In this document: positions 40,224 through 53,523 of the stretch, piece by piece
Layout: each line of letters opens with the position of its first letter
Numbering within the stretch: position 1 is the first letter of the stretch
NCBI GenBank assembly: GCA_009602735.1
Contig: WELA01002258.1
Span: 471,488 to 529,173, forward strand
Length of the DNA: 57,686 nucleotides
Source: Mesotaenium endlicherianum
Lineage: Eukaryota
Direction of reading: 5' to 3'
Notes under the pieces: generated by a model
What the model saw: the letters and a program-made list of their open reading frames with translations, nothing else
Told to the model about the DNA's origin: nothing
Database searches by the model: none
Made by a program: the position numbers and the translations under genes

Positions 40224-42953
40224 ATGGCAGAGAACGGGGAGGATACGGATAAAAACATTGAAATATGGAAGATAAAAAAGCTCATAAAAGCTTTAGAATC
40301 TGCTCGTGGAAACGGCACGTCTATGATCTCGCTAATTATGCCACCAAGAGATCAGGTGTCCAGAGTAACTAAGATGCTTGGGGATGAATTTGGAACAGCT
40401 TCCAACATCAAAAACAGAGTAAATAGGCAGTCTGTGTTGGGCGCTATCACATCTGCACAACAGAGGCTGAAGCTTTACAATAAGGTATGTTTCTGCTGTT
40501 ACTATGGGTTAGATCAATTATGCTTGCAGGTGGCTGTGGAACATCGTATTCTGTTTCACGTCCTTGTGGGAATCCTCTATAAGTCGTTATGTGACGATGG
40601 AAATCACCCTCTGGAGCTCGTTTGCATCAGACCTACGACTGAATTCCAAAAGGTGAAGTTCTTCTGGTGCAGGTTCCTCCAAATGGTTTGGTTCTCTATA
40701 CGGGAACTATAGTCACTGACGACGGAAAGGAGAAGAAAGTTACCATTGACTTTGAGCCCTTTAAGCCAATCAATGCTTCGCTTTATTTGTGTGACAACAA
40801 GTTCCACACAGAAGCCCTGAACGAGCTTTTAGAATCTGATGACAAGTTCGGGTTTATCATCATGGACGGAAACGGGACACTTTTTGGAACGTTGAGTGGA
40901 AATACGCGAGAAATCTTGCACAAATTCACGGTTGAGTTGCCAAAGAAGCACGGGAGAGGAGGGCAGTCTGCTTTGCGTTTTGCTCGTCTCCGCATGGAGA
41001 AAAGGCATAACTACGTCCGCAAAACGGCTGAGCTGGCAACCCAGTTCTACATCAATCCTCAAACATCACAGCCAAATGTGTCAGGTCTCATCCTTGCTGG
41101 TTCCGCTGACTTCAAGACAGAGTTGAGCCAGTCAGATATGTTCGACCAACGATTACAGGTGTGCTATCACGGGCTAGTTTATGCCGCTCATTTTTTGTTA
41201 GCTGGTGCATCAGAGTAAACAGTTGTTTTCAAAAATAGCAGTCTTAATCATCTGGCAGGTGCCAGTTTCTTCTTCCTCCTCTTTGTGCAGCAGCTTACAT
41301 TGTCTCTGCTGTGGATTCCTCCCAGTATTTTGCACTTAGTTTGTATTGTCCTGCAGCCTTTTTGTCCTCTTCGAAGATACGAAGTTGCAGTTACTCACGT
41401 TGCTCGTATTCTTTGAACAGGCCAAAATTTTGAATGTGGTGGATGTGTCCTATGGTGGTGAGAATGGCTTCAGTCAGGCCATTGAACTCTCTGCTGAGAT
41501 TCTTTCCAATGTGAAGTTCATCCAGGTACAACTTCAACTTCTGTAGCAGCTTAGAAGGGGTAAAGTGACTGCAGGATAGAGGAGGGGACTCCTTGCGGGG
41601 GGGATTTTGCATGGGGTTTTGTTAAAAATGTATCAGCTCCGCATTATGCTGCATTCTTTATCTCTATATTTTTTAACTCGGCAAGTTCTGCAGAAGCCTG
41701 GCCAACTTGCGCACAGATAGTAACCCTTTGATTTTGCATGATCAAACTCCAAATGAAACTGGAAAACAGGAGCAACCGCAATTTTCAGAGGGGCAACTTC
41801 TCATTCTGATGAGGGGTTTATGGTGAAGGAGCTGGAGCCTTGGATTGTTTTTGCTTAACATATTTCTGCTCATTGGGGGCCAAGGAGAGACAAGCGAGTG
41901 ATGACATTTTTAGCTAAGAAAAAAAAGCACTTCTGGCGTGTGCCAACTTTTCATGGCTCGTCAGTGATGCCCAAGTTGTCTTTGCAACAATCTTTCACAC
42001 TAAAGTCACGTCTCTGAACGTCACTGCATCATGCGGACATGGCTTTACAGGAGAAGCGCTTGATTGGGAGGTACTTTGACGAGATCAGCCAGGACACGGG
42101 CAAGTATGTGTTTGGTATCGACGACACTCTCAAGGCCCTGGAGATGGGCGCTGTCGAGATTCTGATTGTGTGGGAGAATCTTGACGTCAATCGATACACG
42201 CTCAAGGTGAGAGCATATGGACGTGTGGCTGGTGCTTCTCATCCCTTTCTCAAGTGACTTAGCTTACTATGCCTGAAAGTGTATGTGGTGCCAGCTATCT
42301 AAGTGGCGAGTTGCTGTTGGTAGTGGAGGGGTAGTGGCCTGAGGCAAGGGTCAGGGGCAAAGTAGCGGAGGCATCTCTGCATGGGGGCATATGATGACAG
42401 AGCTATACTAGCATGAAGGACTCAATGCTCAGGTTTGCAGTTCTCAAACATGCTGCAGATTGCAATGCTGATGCTAGTGCTTATTTGTAGAAGCCTCAGG
42501 CAAGGTCTCAGCTGTGTGTAGATTGATTACCTTCGTGCCCACACTTGCTGTGTGTTCATACCTGCTCATACCTGCTCATGCTCTGTGCACTCTGGTCTAA
42601 TGGATGCAACCTTTTTTTCATGGGTGCTTCTTTTGGCATGTCTTCAGCATTCTGTGACGAGCGAGGTGATGATCAAGAACTTGAGCAAGGAGCAGGAGGC
42701 CGATCAGTCGCACTTCAGGGACCCCGAGGGCGGGGCTGAGCTGGAGGTCCAGGAGAAGACGTCTCTCTTGGAGTGGTTTGCGGAGGGTTACAAGAAGTTT
42801 GGCTGCACGCTTGAGTTTGTGACGAACAAGTCGCAAGAGGGCTCGCAGTTTTGCCGAGGGTTTGGAGGCATCGGCGGGATCCTGCGGTACCAGCTCGACA
42901 TGAGAACATTTGACGAGGCGTCTGACGAGGAAACCTTCTACGATTCGGACTGA
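40224..42953 (+). CDS. eRF1: Eukaryotic peptide chain release factor subunit 1, 437 aa
   Basis: Exons 40224-40484, 40673-41158, 41421-41525, 42051-42206, 42648-42953 total 1314 nt. Motifs GNGTS, TASNIKN (variant of NIKS), [14 protein letters not shown] and [11 protein letters not shown]. Ends in TGA. Confidence 0.98.
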
Positions 42954-43930
42954 GGGACTGTATTGGATAGGACATGTGCTGACTGACGCCTGGTTGCGGT
43001 CAGGGGTTAGATTAAGACGATGAAGAGTGAGTAGCAGAGGAGCCCACTTTCGACACGGCCTGGTACTTGGGACCATTGTGGTGTATACTTGAGGTGTGAG
43101 GCTCATAGTCGTGTCAGCAAGGAGCTGGCTGAAGGAAAGCTGCGAGAGATGGTGGGGTGTGAAGTCTGTAACTGTGAGTCCAATAGTGCATCTGAAAGTA
43201 GTCCAAAATTCATTGTTTCTGTCTCCCTTAGATCTGTGTAGGCTCGTGTGTTTCCTGGTCTTTCTATATCATGACGTATTTAGTATCGGAAAGGTTGTGG
43301 CATGAGGAGCCCCATGTAACGAGCTGAAGATAATATCTGACACCTTCTCTGCAATTCGGCTTTTTGCGCCATTTTGCAGATCCGGTTGCAATTACATATT
43401 CACGTATCAGCATTGTTGATTACGTTTGACTTCAAACCGTCTCAGTGTGAACTTATATTGCATTGCAGATGGCAGCATCAAACTATACCCCCGCTGTTTG
43501 TTAGCACTACGGTACGTCATCAATATGAAGATAAGATTTTGAGTGTACTGTCTCAAATGCAGGAGTGAGGCTGGCCACTTTCTGCTCCGGAATTAAAGAA
43601 TGTTCACAATTCTTTATTGTTACTACAACTCATCATGGAAGGTTTTCCTGTATTGCAATTTCCTTCTTTCAGGAATTATATGCAGGTCCAGAGTGACTTA
43701 GAAATCTAAAAATTTCCACAGCTGAGGTACAAATGCATGCATAACATGGATATGTTGTCAACGAACCAAAAGACACTTATATTAACTATGCACGTTCGCT
43801 ACATCTTTCCAGCTCATTTGGGCAAGTCCTAAACTGGAAATTAATACTGCAGAATGTACTGATTTCAATTTCTCTTCAGAAATATTATTAGAAACTAAAT
43901 CAGTGAGATTCACGAGCCTATCGTACTTTT

Positions 43931-44575
43931 TTACTCAGGCTTGAAGTCTGCAAGAACTGGATGTTGCTCCCAGTCAGCATCTCCGGCCGCAAGAAGGTCT
44001 ATGTACTTCTGCATAGCCTCCTCCTTTGACAAGCCCTTCACAGAGTTCCAGGCATCCCACTTGGCGCGAGCCTCAAATTGGAGAAAGTTGGGCTGCATGA
44101 GAGAGAACAGCAAGTTGTTAAACATGTGCCACTTGGGGGAGGGAGAGAAGAGACAAACAAAAGACCTCGCTCAGTGTGCAAGTACTTTGTAATAGTGCAA
44201 AATGTATATGATGGTATGTCACTGTCCAAATGATGTCACTGCCCTATTAAAATTATGGCATGCCCCTAGCGTTGACCACGTAGAGATCCCTAGTCCAAAC
44301 AACTACGACTGCAACAGCAACAGACCTTCCTCTAAAGGGATGTACATAAGACTTGGACGTCCACATTTGGCAATCATCCGAGACGACTTTCTAACTTACA
44401 CCAAGACGAAACTGTAGAAGGACTTACTCACCTGAGATCCTTGGACGTCCCCCTCAGTGGCCTGCTTGTAGTACTTGTAATACTCGAGCTTGCTCTCTTT
44501 TGTAGCATTTGCATCCGGAGGTCCATTTCGGATGAGGTAGACAGCCTTCTTAAACTTAAGCTCCAAGTCCGCCAT
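43931..44575 (-). CDS. ACBP: Small acyl-CoA-binding protein, 101 aa
   Basis: Exons 44432-44575 (MADLELKFKKAV..KLEYYKYYKQATEGD) and 43931-44092 (EARAKWDAWNSVKGLSKEEAMQKYIDL, TAA). YKQAT and KWDAW are ACBP hallmarks. A probable 5'UTR intron ends just upstream (acceptor near 44584). Confidence 0.95.
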
Positions 44576-45535
44576 GTCAAAATCTGTCAATGAGAAGACG
44601 GTGAGTTCAACCAAATGAAACAGAACCCAAAATGCCTCTATCATGGTATTTAAGAATATGGAAGTAAAAGGCACTGTAATCACTTCCAATGAAAGTAACA
44701 TATAAGCGCAGGCATCAACTGCACTTAATCTGGATACAGTGTACGTACTGGAAGGCAATGGCAAAAGAAACGTTACTCAACATAAGCCAGATGCATCAGT
44801 GAGCAAAAGAGATACGCACCTCAAGTATTGATAAATATATACAACGGATTCAATCAAGCAAGGTAGCAATCGCAAGGAATTGATAGGTTTATATTGATAC
44901 AATAGATTCAAGAAGCAACTATACTTCCAAGCTTCTTAAAAATCCTGCAGGGCATATAACGTGCACACAGAAGTCATAGATGAGCAACAGTACGGACCGT
45001 CACTTTCTAAACTGAGACTGACCTGAGCGTCTAGGTTCGACAAAGCGCTAGCTGTCGCTCCGATCACGAAACTTGAGGCGCACGCGCCTAGAGGATGGTT
45101 ACCCCGGGGGTTACTCCCGCCGTTAGATCGTCGTCAATGACACTCTCGCAGAATATATTTTATATGTTTGTTATTATTATGATGAAATCACTATTTTTCA
45201 AGCACTGAAGACCTATTTAGAACACCGGATTCAGTCGCCGTCAACGTTTTAAACGGGAGTCACAACGTCGTCGAGACTGCTGGAAGAGTTCTCCCTCGAG
45301 TCATCCTCGGTTGATATTGGTTGATGTGGGCCCTTATCAGTGTTAAGTTTGAATCATCCAGTTTAAATTTGAATTGAGATGCAGTTCCTAGAGCTATGTA
45401 CCACGCATCAGATCTGTCACAATTGATTTTTCTCCTGAAAAGCAACTCTCTCAAATGCGCTGTATGAGTTCTGCATTATCCATAATAGCAGTGACATGAT
45501 GTTATTCTTGATGTGAACAAATTACAGTAGCTTCT
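44576..45535. promoter_or_regulatory. Putative bidirectional promoter/5'UTR region ACBP/NNF1
   Basis: AT-rich interval between divergent ATGs; TGGGCC at 45327. Confidence 0.45.
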
Positions 45536-47684
45536 ATGGTTGGCGAGAAACGGCCATATATGGAAGAAAGTGATGGGCAGAGAGTGCAAAAGTTGCGGGA
45601 AGCTTTTAACGATGCACTTAATAAGACCGTAGGAAGCTGTACGAGAGAGGTAACGCCTTTACCTACTCTTACATTAAACTTGGAATGTAGCCCTCACATG
45701 AAGTTCTCGCATACTTAACCGTTTGTACGCTACAAGTAGCACATGAGTCCGACACAGTTTTTGTTTTTTCCGTGAAATACCTCTCACTAAGTCATGTGCA
45801 TCATTGAGCATGTGTAAAAATTGACCACGCCTGCTGTCATGCAGAATTTTGCAGAATGTTTTGCGGGACACAAGGAGGAACACAAAAACCTTATGTATGC
45901 ACTTTATTGCCAGGTACTATTCTCACCGTACTTCAGGAATTTGCTCAGAAACTTTTAAAGGGTGAAATGACGTCTTCAATTGTATCAACTCTAATTTCAG
46001 AGATTTTAGTCCGTCTAACAGTCTGGTTAGAGAAACTACAGACCATGCAATATTGAAAAATATGACATCCGAATAATGAAAGACTCTTTTCACTTATCTT
46101 CCAATGAGCAGGTGCTCAAGGACCTCATGCACAACTGCGAGGTAAGGTCATGCATTTCTGGTTCTTCCTTCTCCACATTATGCTCTGCCTAAGCACTTGT
46201 TATCGTGAAGGGTTAATTTTTCAGCATTGTGACATGCATAACAAGGCACCAACATGCCCGCTGGTACTGAGTTGTCGTTGGTATCCTGCCTTGTGCAGGC
46301 AGAATTTGCTGACATCTGTGCGGAGTCGCAGGTATGTCAAAAGCATCCAGGCTGTCATCTCCAGTTTTTAGCCTCTAGGTTTTTAGCCTAGCTCCAGCAG
46401 CTCGAGATTTGCCAGGGCTGCTGTGCTCTACTCTCTTGGCAGCTGCATCTGAGACCTGCAAACCTCTGCTCTCCTTCCACACTGCAATGCTGCCTCTCAT
46501 CTTTCTCTCCGTGACTCTCTTCGCTTTCTCTCGGCTCCATGCAACCCACTGGTGGGTGTTGTTCTTGTTGTTGTCGTCGTTGGGTTGGCTGGTGGCAATG
46601 TTGCTCAGGTGATATTGTCGTCGCTGTTCTTGTTGTTGGGTTGTTGTTGGTGGGGTTCTCACCCATCATGCAGCCAACTGCAGGCTGTCTGGTGGCTATG
46701 CTGCTCAGGGGGCTTCTCTTCCAGTCATTGCACTTCACTGAAGGCTGTGTGGTGGCAAATGTGGCTCAGGCATGTGAAGCGCTGAACCGCCTGGAGGCCC
46801 TCTGCGAGCAGCAGGGGGTGGTGGAGAATGCTGAAGGCCTGCTAGTTGCCACCAGGTGAGGGCCCGACTGCCACCTCCTGCGACCATGAAGGCCTGGCTT
46901 GCGCCGTGGCTCTCTCCGCATCCTTACTGGCATCCTTGCTGGCGTCTTTGCGGGCATGCGTGCAAGCGTCCGGCGCAGTGTATAGCTGGTATAGAGTGCA
47001 CTGCAGGCCCAAAAGGTGCACAGGCTGATGGTGTTGCATTGAGCATCCTTGCTGGCATCCTTGCTGGCATCCAGTGCAGTGCACAGCTGGCGTGTACAAA
47101 GGTAGCATCCAGCACAGTGCGCAGCGAGCGTGGAGTGGGGCTGCAGTCCCTTGAGGCGCACAGCGGATGGATTTGACTCCAGGTGTCCATATGAGGTCAT
47201 TTTGTCTCATCGCAGCTGCTTGCCAGGCTTTTGGTTTTGTCGCGAATGAGAGCTCGCAGGTGGAGGGATTCCGACGTTGTCCCTGCACTGGGCCGGTTAC
47301 ACCAAGCGTGCGATTGTTTGCTCATGCGCTGGGGAGCCGTGTGGTCCCGACGATATCCGGTGCTGCCATTATGGAGTACCTCTGCTAGAGAGCACATGAG
47401 TACCTCTACGTTAATGTGTGTGTGTGTGTGTGTCTGTGTGTGCGCGCGCGCGAGATGTCCCCACTCGAGCAGACACGAGCAGAGAGTTTTGCACCAGCAG
47501 ATGGTCTCTTGCGCAAGCAGATGCTCTCTCGCGCGAGAAGATGTTTTCTTACAGGCAGATGTCTGTGTATAAGCTCAGCGTCGACTGAATGGCTCGCCGT
47601 CAGACTCACGAGCAAAAGCTCTGAGGCAAGCAGAAATTGGTCTGACACAGGCATATGTTGTTGTCTCCTCGCTGCCGCCGCTGC

Positions 47685-47725
<41 letters not shown>

Positions 47726-49683
47726 CTGCTGCTTCTGCTTCTGCTTTTGCTTCTGCTACTTGGAAGGCCGCCCGTCGCGTCGGAGCCCCCCGCAGCGCTG
47801 GCGCGCACGCAGATCGCGGCCGCCAAGTTGAAGGAGCGCCAGGAGCTCCTCCGCCTGCTCCAGCAGGTCAGAGGGGGTGCCCTTCTATTTTGAGAGCTCG
47901 GCTTGAGTGCAGGAGTGCACACGCACACACGCACACACATAGCGTGCAATCAGCAGGACACTTGAGTGCGCACTCTGCTTGAATGCTCAGTTTTGGGTGT
48001 ATGAGTACAAAACCCACGCAGCGTGCAATCAGCAGGTCAAGGGAGGAGGAGGGAGGAGGAGGGGGNNNNNNNNNNNNNNNNNNNNNNNNNNNNNNNNNNN
48101 NNNNNNNNNNNNNNNNNNNNNNNNNNNNNNNNNNNNNNNNNNNNNNNNNNNNNNNNNNNNNNNNNNNNNNNNNNNNNNNNNNNNNNNNNNNNNNNNNNNN
48201 NNNNNNNNNNNNNNNNNNNNNNNNNNNNNNNNNNNNNNNNNNNNNNNNNNNNNNNNNNNNNNNNNNNNNNNNNNNNNNNNNNNNNNNNNNNNNNNNNNNN
48301 NNNNNNNNNNNNNNNNNNNNNNNNNNNNNNNNNNNNNNNNNNNNNNNNNNNNNNNNNNNNNNNNNNNNNNNNNNNNNNNNNNNNNNNNNNNNNNNNNNNN
48401 NNNNNNNNNNNNNNNNNNNNNNNNNNNNNNNNNNNNNNNNNNNNNNNNNNNNNNNNNNNNNNNNNNNNNNNNNNNNNNNNNNNNNNNNNNNNNNNNNNNN
48501 NNNNNNNNNNNNNNNNNNNNNNNNNNNNNNNNNNNNNNNNNNNNNNNNNNNNNNNNNNNNNNNNNNNNNNNNNNNNNNNNNNNNNNNNNNNNNNNNNNNN
48601 NNNNNNNNNNNNNNNNNNNNNNNNNNNNNNNNNNNNNNNNNNNNNNNNNNNNNNNNNNNNNNNNNNNNNNNNNNNNNNNNNNNNNNNNNNNNNNNNNNNN
48701 NNNNNNNNNNNNNNNNNNNNNNNNNNNNNNNNNNNNNNNNNNNNNNNNNNNNNNNNNNNNNNNNNNNNNNNNNNNNNNNNNNNNNNNNNNNNNNNNNNNN
48801 NNNNNNNNNNNNNNNNNNNNNNNNNNNNNNNNNNNNNNNNNNNNNNNNNNNNNNNNNNNNNNNNNNNNNNNNNNNNNNNNNNNNNNNNNNNNNNNNNNNN
48901 NNNNNNNNNNNNNNNNNNNNNNNNNNNNNNNNNNNNNNNNNNNNNNNNNNNNNNNNNNNNNNNNAGAGAGAGAGGGGGGGGGAGGGGAGGGGGAGGAGGC
49001 TTACTGGAGTGGACACTGTTCCTTTGGGTGCTCAAGTTTGGGTGCATGTGTGGAAGTCGACAGACACGCGCGTGTACACGTGTCGACATACACACACACA
49101 TGCGTGCATGCCACCCACTTGAGCGCACGCTGCACCCTGATAGCCCAGAGTGGGTGCGTGAGCAGAGGCGTAACAGGATCACGCATGGATGTAGCGGCAT
49201 GCAGGCACGCATGCCGCCTACTTGAGTGCGTGCTGTACTGCGATTGTTCAGTCAGTTTCAGTTCTCATTCTGGAAGTATTGGTATTCTACTGCGCATGGA
49301 TACTCATATGAGTGCGCGTGCAGAGACACTCAGGCGCGTGCATGCCGCCCAAAGTATGCGGAGTCCTACATGTCTGTGATGCAGCGCCCGCACGCGCGTC
49401 TGATTGCATGTCTGGCCTGCCCCGCTGCGTCAGCTTCTGGGGCGCAGTCCTTGGCAAGCCTGGCGAGCTCTGCATCGCACCAGAGCCCTTAAGCTCAGCC
49501 GGCCCTCCCCCCCCNNNNNNNNNNNNNNNNNNNNNNNNNNNNNNNNNNNNNNNNNNNNNNNNNNNNNNNNNNNNNNNNNNNNNNNNNNNNNNNNNNNNNN
49601 NNNNNNNNNNNNNNNNNNNNNNNNNNNNNNNNNNNNNNNNNNNNNNNNNNNNNNNNNNNNNNNNNNNNNNNNNNNNNNNNNNN

Positions 49684-49758
<75 letters not shown>

Positions 49759-51063
49759 CCAAGAGAAAAGGTTGCTGGTTCTGCCAGCTTTGGGGCCAGA
49801 ACTAGCGTAACAGAGCCCTCGGAACTGCTCAGGCCGACCTCTCTGGCCAGCCATTTGCCCGGAGAAAGGACATCTGCTTTCTCTGTGCTTTTTCCAGACT
49901 TATCTTGATCAGATCCGGGGCTACGGTGTCGCCTGGGATCCTTCTAGTGTGGTCTGCCCAGGGGAGGGGCGCTGGCACTGGCAGCCCTGAGGATGTCTAG
50001 TTGGCTCTGCCGAGAGAGGGGCCTGGCTTCTCCTGCCAGCTGCGGGGCTAGGGTGGCAGGGCACTTGACGTCACACAGCCAGCCCTTTTTGGCCTGCTCC
50101 GCCGGGAGGAGGGGCTGGCTCCTACTGCCAGCTGGAATGCTGGGACGACGTGTTTGCATGTGCCTGAACACGTGTCACTTGTGCGCCTGTTGTGTGGGGG
50201 AATTCACTCGGCAGGTGGAGGAGGAGAAGCAGGAGGTGAGCAAGGCGCTGGAGGAGCGGACGGCGGAGGCGGCAGCCATGGCCAGCATGCTCACGGCCGT
50301 CGGCTCGCAAGTCCGGGAGGTGCTCACGCCACTCTTGGAACTCTTTCCTCAATTTTTTGACATCCTGCCGTGTTCCAGCGGAGCGGCGGGGTGGGGAGGA
50401 GAGAGCTCCATATTGCTCATAAGCCAAAAATTGGCAGCAGATATAGACAGGGTATGCAGGACGGATCCTTGCATCCTCTGCCAACTAAAGGATCGACAGC
50501 TGGCACCCGCCCTTGTGAGCTTCCAAGTTTGAGAGCGCGGGATACAGGGGAAATTCCTATCATATGTGCAAGTAATAGTAGTGTCTCGTCGGGGGGGGCT
50601 CGTGCTCTGCACGACCGAAGAGCTTGGCACGTGGCAGGAGAGAGGAGCTGTTGCCGGTTGCCACCGCGAGTTGGCACCTCGTGAGTCTCAAACTTTGTGC
50701 GAGAGAGCAATACGCGTGGCCGGCTATGGCATGCTCTGTGCTTCTTTTTCTACGCCATGTGCCATCCCTCGCCGTCGTCTAAGTGCAACTTGCGAGCCTC
50801 TGAGCACGAGAGGAAGCTCCAGTCCTCTCCAGAGCGACGTAGTGGTGATGGTAGTTAGTACGCGTCAATCACCCTTTGCATGTTGCGTGTGCTTGGTGAG
50901 CAACACTCTCGAGTCACCATTGGAGTGAAGGATGTGTGCTTGACACTGTTGTGGCATGTGTCTCTGTGCCACCTGGCAGAATAGCGAGGCTACGAAGTGG
51001 GCGTCGAGGGCCGTCTCGTATACGAGGCGGGGGCAGGCTCCGCACGTGGGACCAGCTTTGTAA
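45536..51063 (+). CDS. NNF1: NNF1/PMF1-like MIS12-complex kinetochore protein
   Basis: Exons 45536-45649 (RVQKLREAFNDAL), 45845-45913 (NFAECFA), 46112-46141, 46299-46331 (EFADICAE), 46770-46855 (LNRLEAL), 47767-47866 and 50215-50310 (coiled coil), plus a tentative last exon 50980-51063. The R-xx-L-xxAF...F-xx-CF...EF-xx-I...L-xx-L pattern matches the Nnf1 domain. The 3' end is uncertain and two gaps lie inside introns. Confidence 0.72.
47670..47760 (+). repeat. (GCT)n-rich repeat before an NNF1 acceptor
   Basis: Directly visible. Confidence 0.9.
48066..48964. other. Largest assembly gap (others: 5073-5187, 6025-6069, 33813-33833, 49515-49683, 56998-57232)
   Basis: N runs, almost all flanked by G/C homopolymers or GA/CT repeats. 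Confidence 0.99.
49684..49756 (+). repeat. (CT)n microsatellite bordering a gap
   Basis: Directly visible. Confidence 0.95.
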
Positions 51064-52412
51064 TGTGGACACGTCTAAGGCATGGATAAGATTATCATGA
51101 AAGCCCCAGCTCGTTGTGGCGACACACATTGCTATATGCAGCTTATTATGTGAAGGCACAGGAGGGTATGCACGCGTGATTGCTCTGAGACTTGCGATAG
51201 TAGCCCCAAGTGTACATATGTTACAACAAAATGCAGGCCTAGCTTTTGCTCTCCAAAAGCACATGTTGGCCGCGGGCACGCTAACTGCTGCAGGGCAACT
51301 CCGGATGGTAGAACCTCCTGCACATGTTGTTGCTAAAATAGGTCCAACTTTGCAGCCGCTGGGCGTCTTTCTGCGCACATGCAGCTACTTATGGCCTTGT
51401 TTCTGCGTTGTAGGAGTAAACATTAGAAGGGATTAATTGGCTCGATAAGAAATCATCAAAATGCTTTCGGAAAGACGATAGCCCACACTTCTTTTTTTGT
51501 TACTTGATGTGAATGGAGTCCATAATTTACAAAACTGAGCCTGCACGTTTGGAGGGTTACGTTGCTTGCGTCTACCCGAGAGCGTAAAGTGGCTTGTTTT
51601 AAGGTTAAACAACGAACACAATGTCACCTTTCAAAGAGATTTCATATACTTTTTTCGCAATGTGATACACTACCTTGGGTAGAACATATTGAGCCTTCTT
51701 CTCATGGCGCTAGTCTTGCAATGGTGTCATATCACACTATGATGTATGCAGTCAAGCGCCACATTTGTGAGAGTTCAGAAGTTCCCCCTATCAAGTTAGA
51801 ATTTTCACAAGTTGCTGTCAAGTTTGGCAAAAACTTTAGAGCGAGCTAGGATTACATTAGAGCTGCCCTATCTGAGATTGTCAATACCGACAGCATAAAA
51901 CTAGGGCAGTTGCTAAGGCCTGTCGTAATATTCGAGTCCCGAACTACCGCGTGCGTGCCGGCCCGTCGCTCAGTCGCACTTTTCTGGTGCCAGGTGCCCG
52001 TCCAGGCCAGCTCCGGACGTCCGAGGTGACTCACATATATCGCAATAAGAATACACCTCGTTTCGGGTAAATGAAATGGATAACGATGCCCGTACCAGGA
52101 AGCTCGTTCAGGACAGTTCGGGACGTTCGAGCTGACCATGGGGTGATAACTCCCTCCAAAATTCGGGCGTTCATTGCGACACTTTTTCGCTTGCGGCATG
52201 ATTTCAAACTTTTCGATTTATTCAGTCCATCTTAGCCCTCATGGTTGCGATTCAAATCAATGGAACGGAATCCTTTGCGCCCGACTTGCAATTCTTGCGA
52301 AAACTTTCAATGAATCAAAAAAGTCGCAGCCAGTTAGCACCCCATGGAGCTGACTATAATCTTCGAAATAAGAACAGACCCAGAGTAGACCTGGTGTCGA
52401 GGAATGAACTTC

Positions 52413-53523
52413 ATGAATATGCAGATGAAGACAAAGGGTCAATGACGCAGTATTATCGTCCTAGAGTACAAAAGCAACGACGAACGGGCAGTTGCCGACG
52501 TCGAGTTGGACTTTAGCGTGCACTCCCGACGCCCTCCGTCGCCGTGTCCTCACCGCAGTGGTGCCTCGAGCTTGAAATAAAAAGGCAGACTCTTCAAAAG
52601 CCACAAGGACGTTCAGAAGTGTCCAAAGAAGAAGGTGGTGATCAAAGCAGACGCCCAAGTCAAGATGGCAAATAAGAAGCTGAAGTCCCACAACAAACAC
52701 TCCCTATTGGGAGTTAACATGGTGATAGTAGACGGGGCCGGCATAGGCGTGCGGACAATGTGGACCATCATTTTGAATGCCGCACTTGATACGGCGAAAG
52801 TGACCAACCAGGCGCAAGGAGTTTGTAATGGTGGACCTATGTGCTGTCCTATCCAGCCGAAGAAGACATCTCTTCGACCCCCATAAAAGCAAGAGCAATG
52901 TACTCTGCTTTATTTCGCGTTTCTGCAAAAAGAGGCACTGTACTCTAAGGCTGTAGTGGCTTGCTCAGAAGAAAAGGCGTACTCGGACAGCTTCTACGGG
53001 CTGCTGGATAATGTAAGTCTTGCGACTTCAGCATTTTCGAATATCTGGGCTTGATATGTTTTTCGCTTTGTACCGTGGTGCCATTCTTTGTCCTTCCATG
53101 AGGGAAGACTCCACGAGCTAATGCTACTCGCTTGGTGTTTGCAGGAAGATCATCAGACCACCAAGAGTGGAGGCCGATAAGCAGACGAGTCAGTCCTTGT
53201 CACAAGGGTATGACCCATTACAAGGGTGGCCGTGGTTCCTCGGCCAACCTGCCGCACAGGGCACATATAACCCCTTGATGATTTTTTCGGAGCAAAACAG
53301 GCCTGCCTCAGAGCTGTGCGAGAGTAGCTTCTTCAAGAATTCGATAGTTGGAGAATGTCAGCCATTCTCCCTCTTCCAGTTTGACATCTTTAAGCCTGTT
53401 GTGACTACTAGCATGCCGGTGGCCCAGCCATCGCCTTCCCTCCCGACCAAGGACACTCCTATCGTTTATGCCAGGCAAGACCCCTCCTATGCAGCTGTTG
53501 CATCAAGCAGTACTAAGCGCTAA
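52413..53523 (+). pseudogene. Unidentified, possibly decayed gene with one clear intron
   Basis: A Lys-rich protein-like frame from ~52413 to 53011 is broken by TGA (52443) and two TAA (~52577, 52884). There is a strong GTAAGT donor at 53012, a TTTGCAG acceptor at 53144 and a following ORF to 53523. No family recognised. Confidence 0.3.

Noticed and set aside
42951..43320. Readthrough/NMD autoregulatory 3'UTR like that of angiosperm eRF1-1
   Set aside because: The stop context is TGA-G, not readthrough-prone. The next in-frame TGA is only 11 codons later, and I cannot support a 3'UTR intron.
47868..49908. Long ORFs of 380-466 aa
   Set aside because: They are open only because they run through N gaps.
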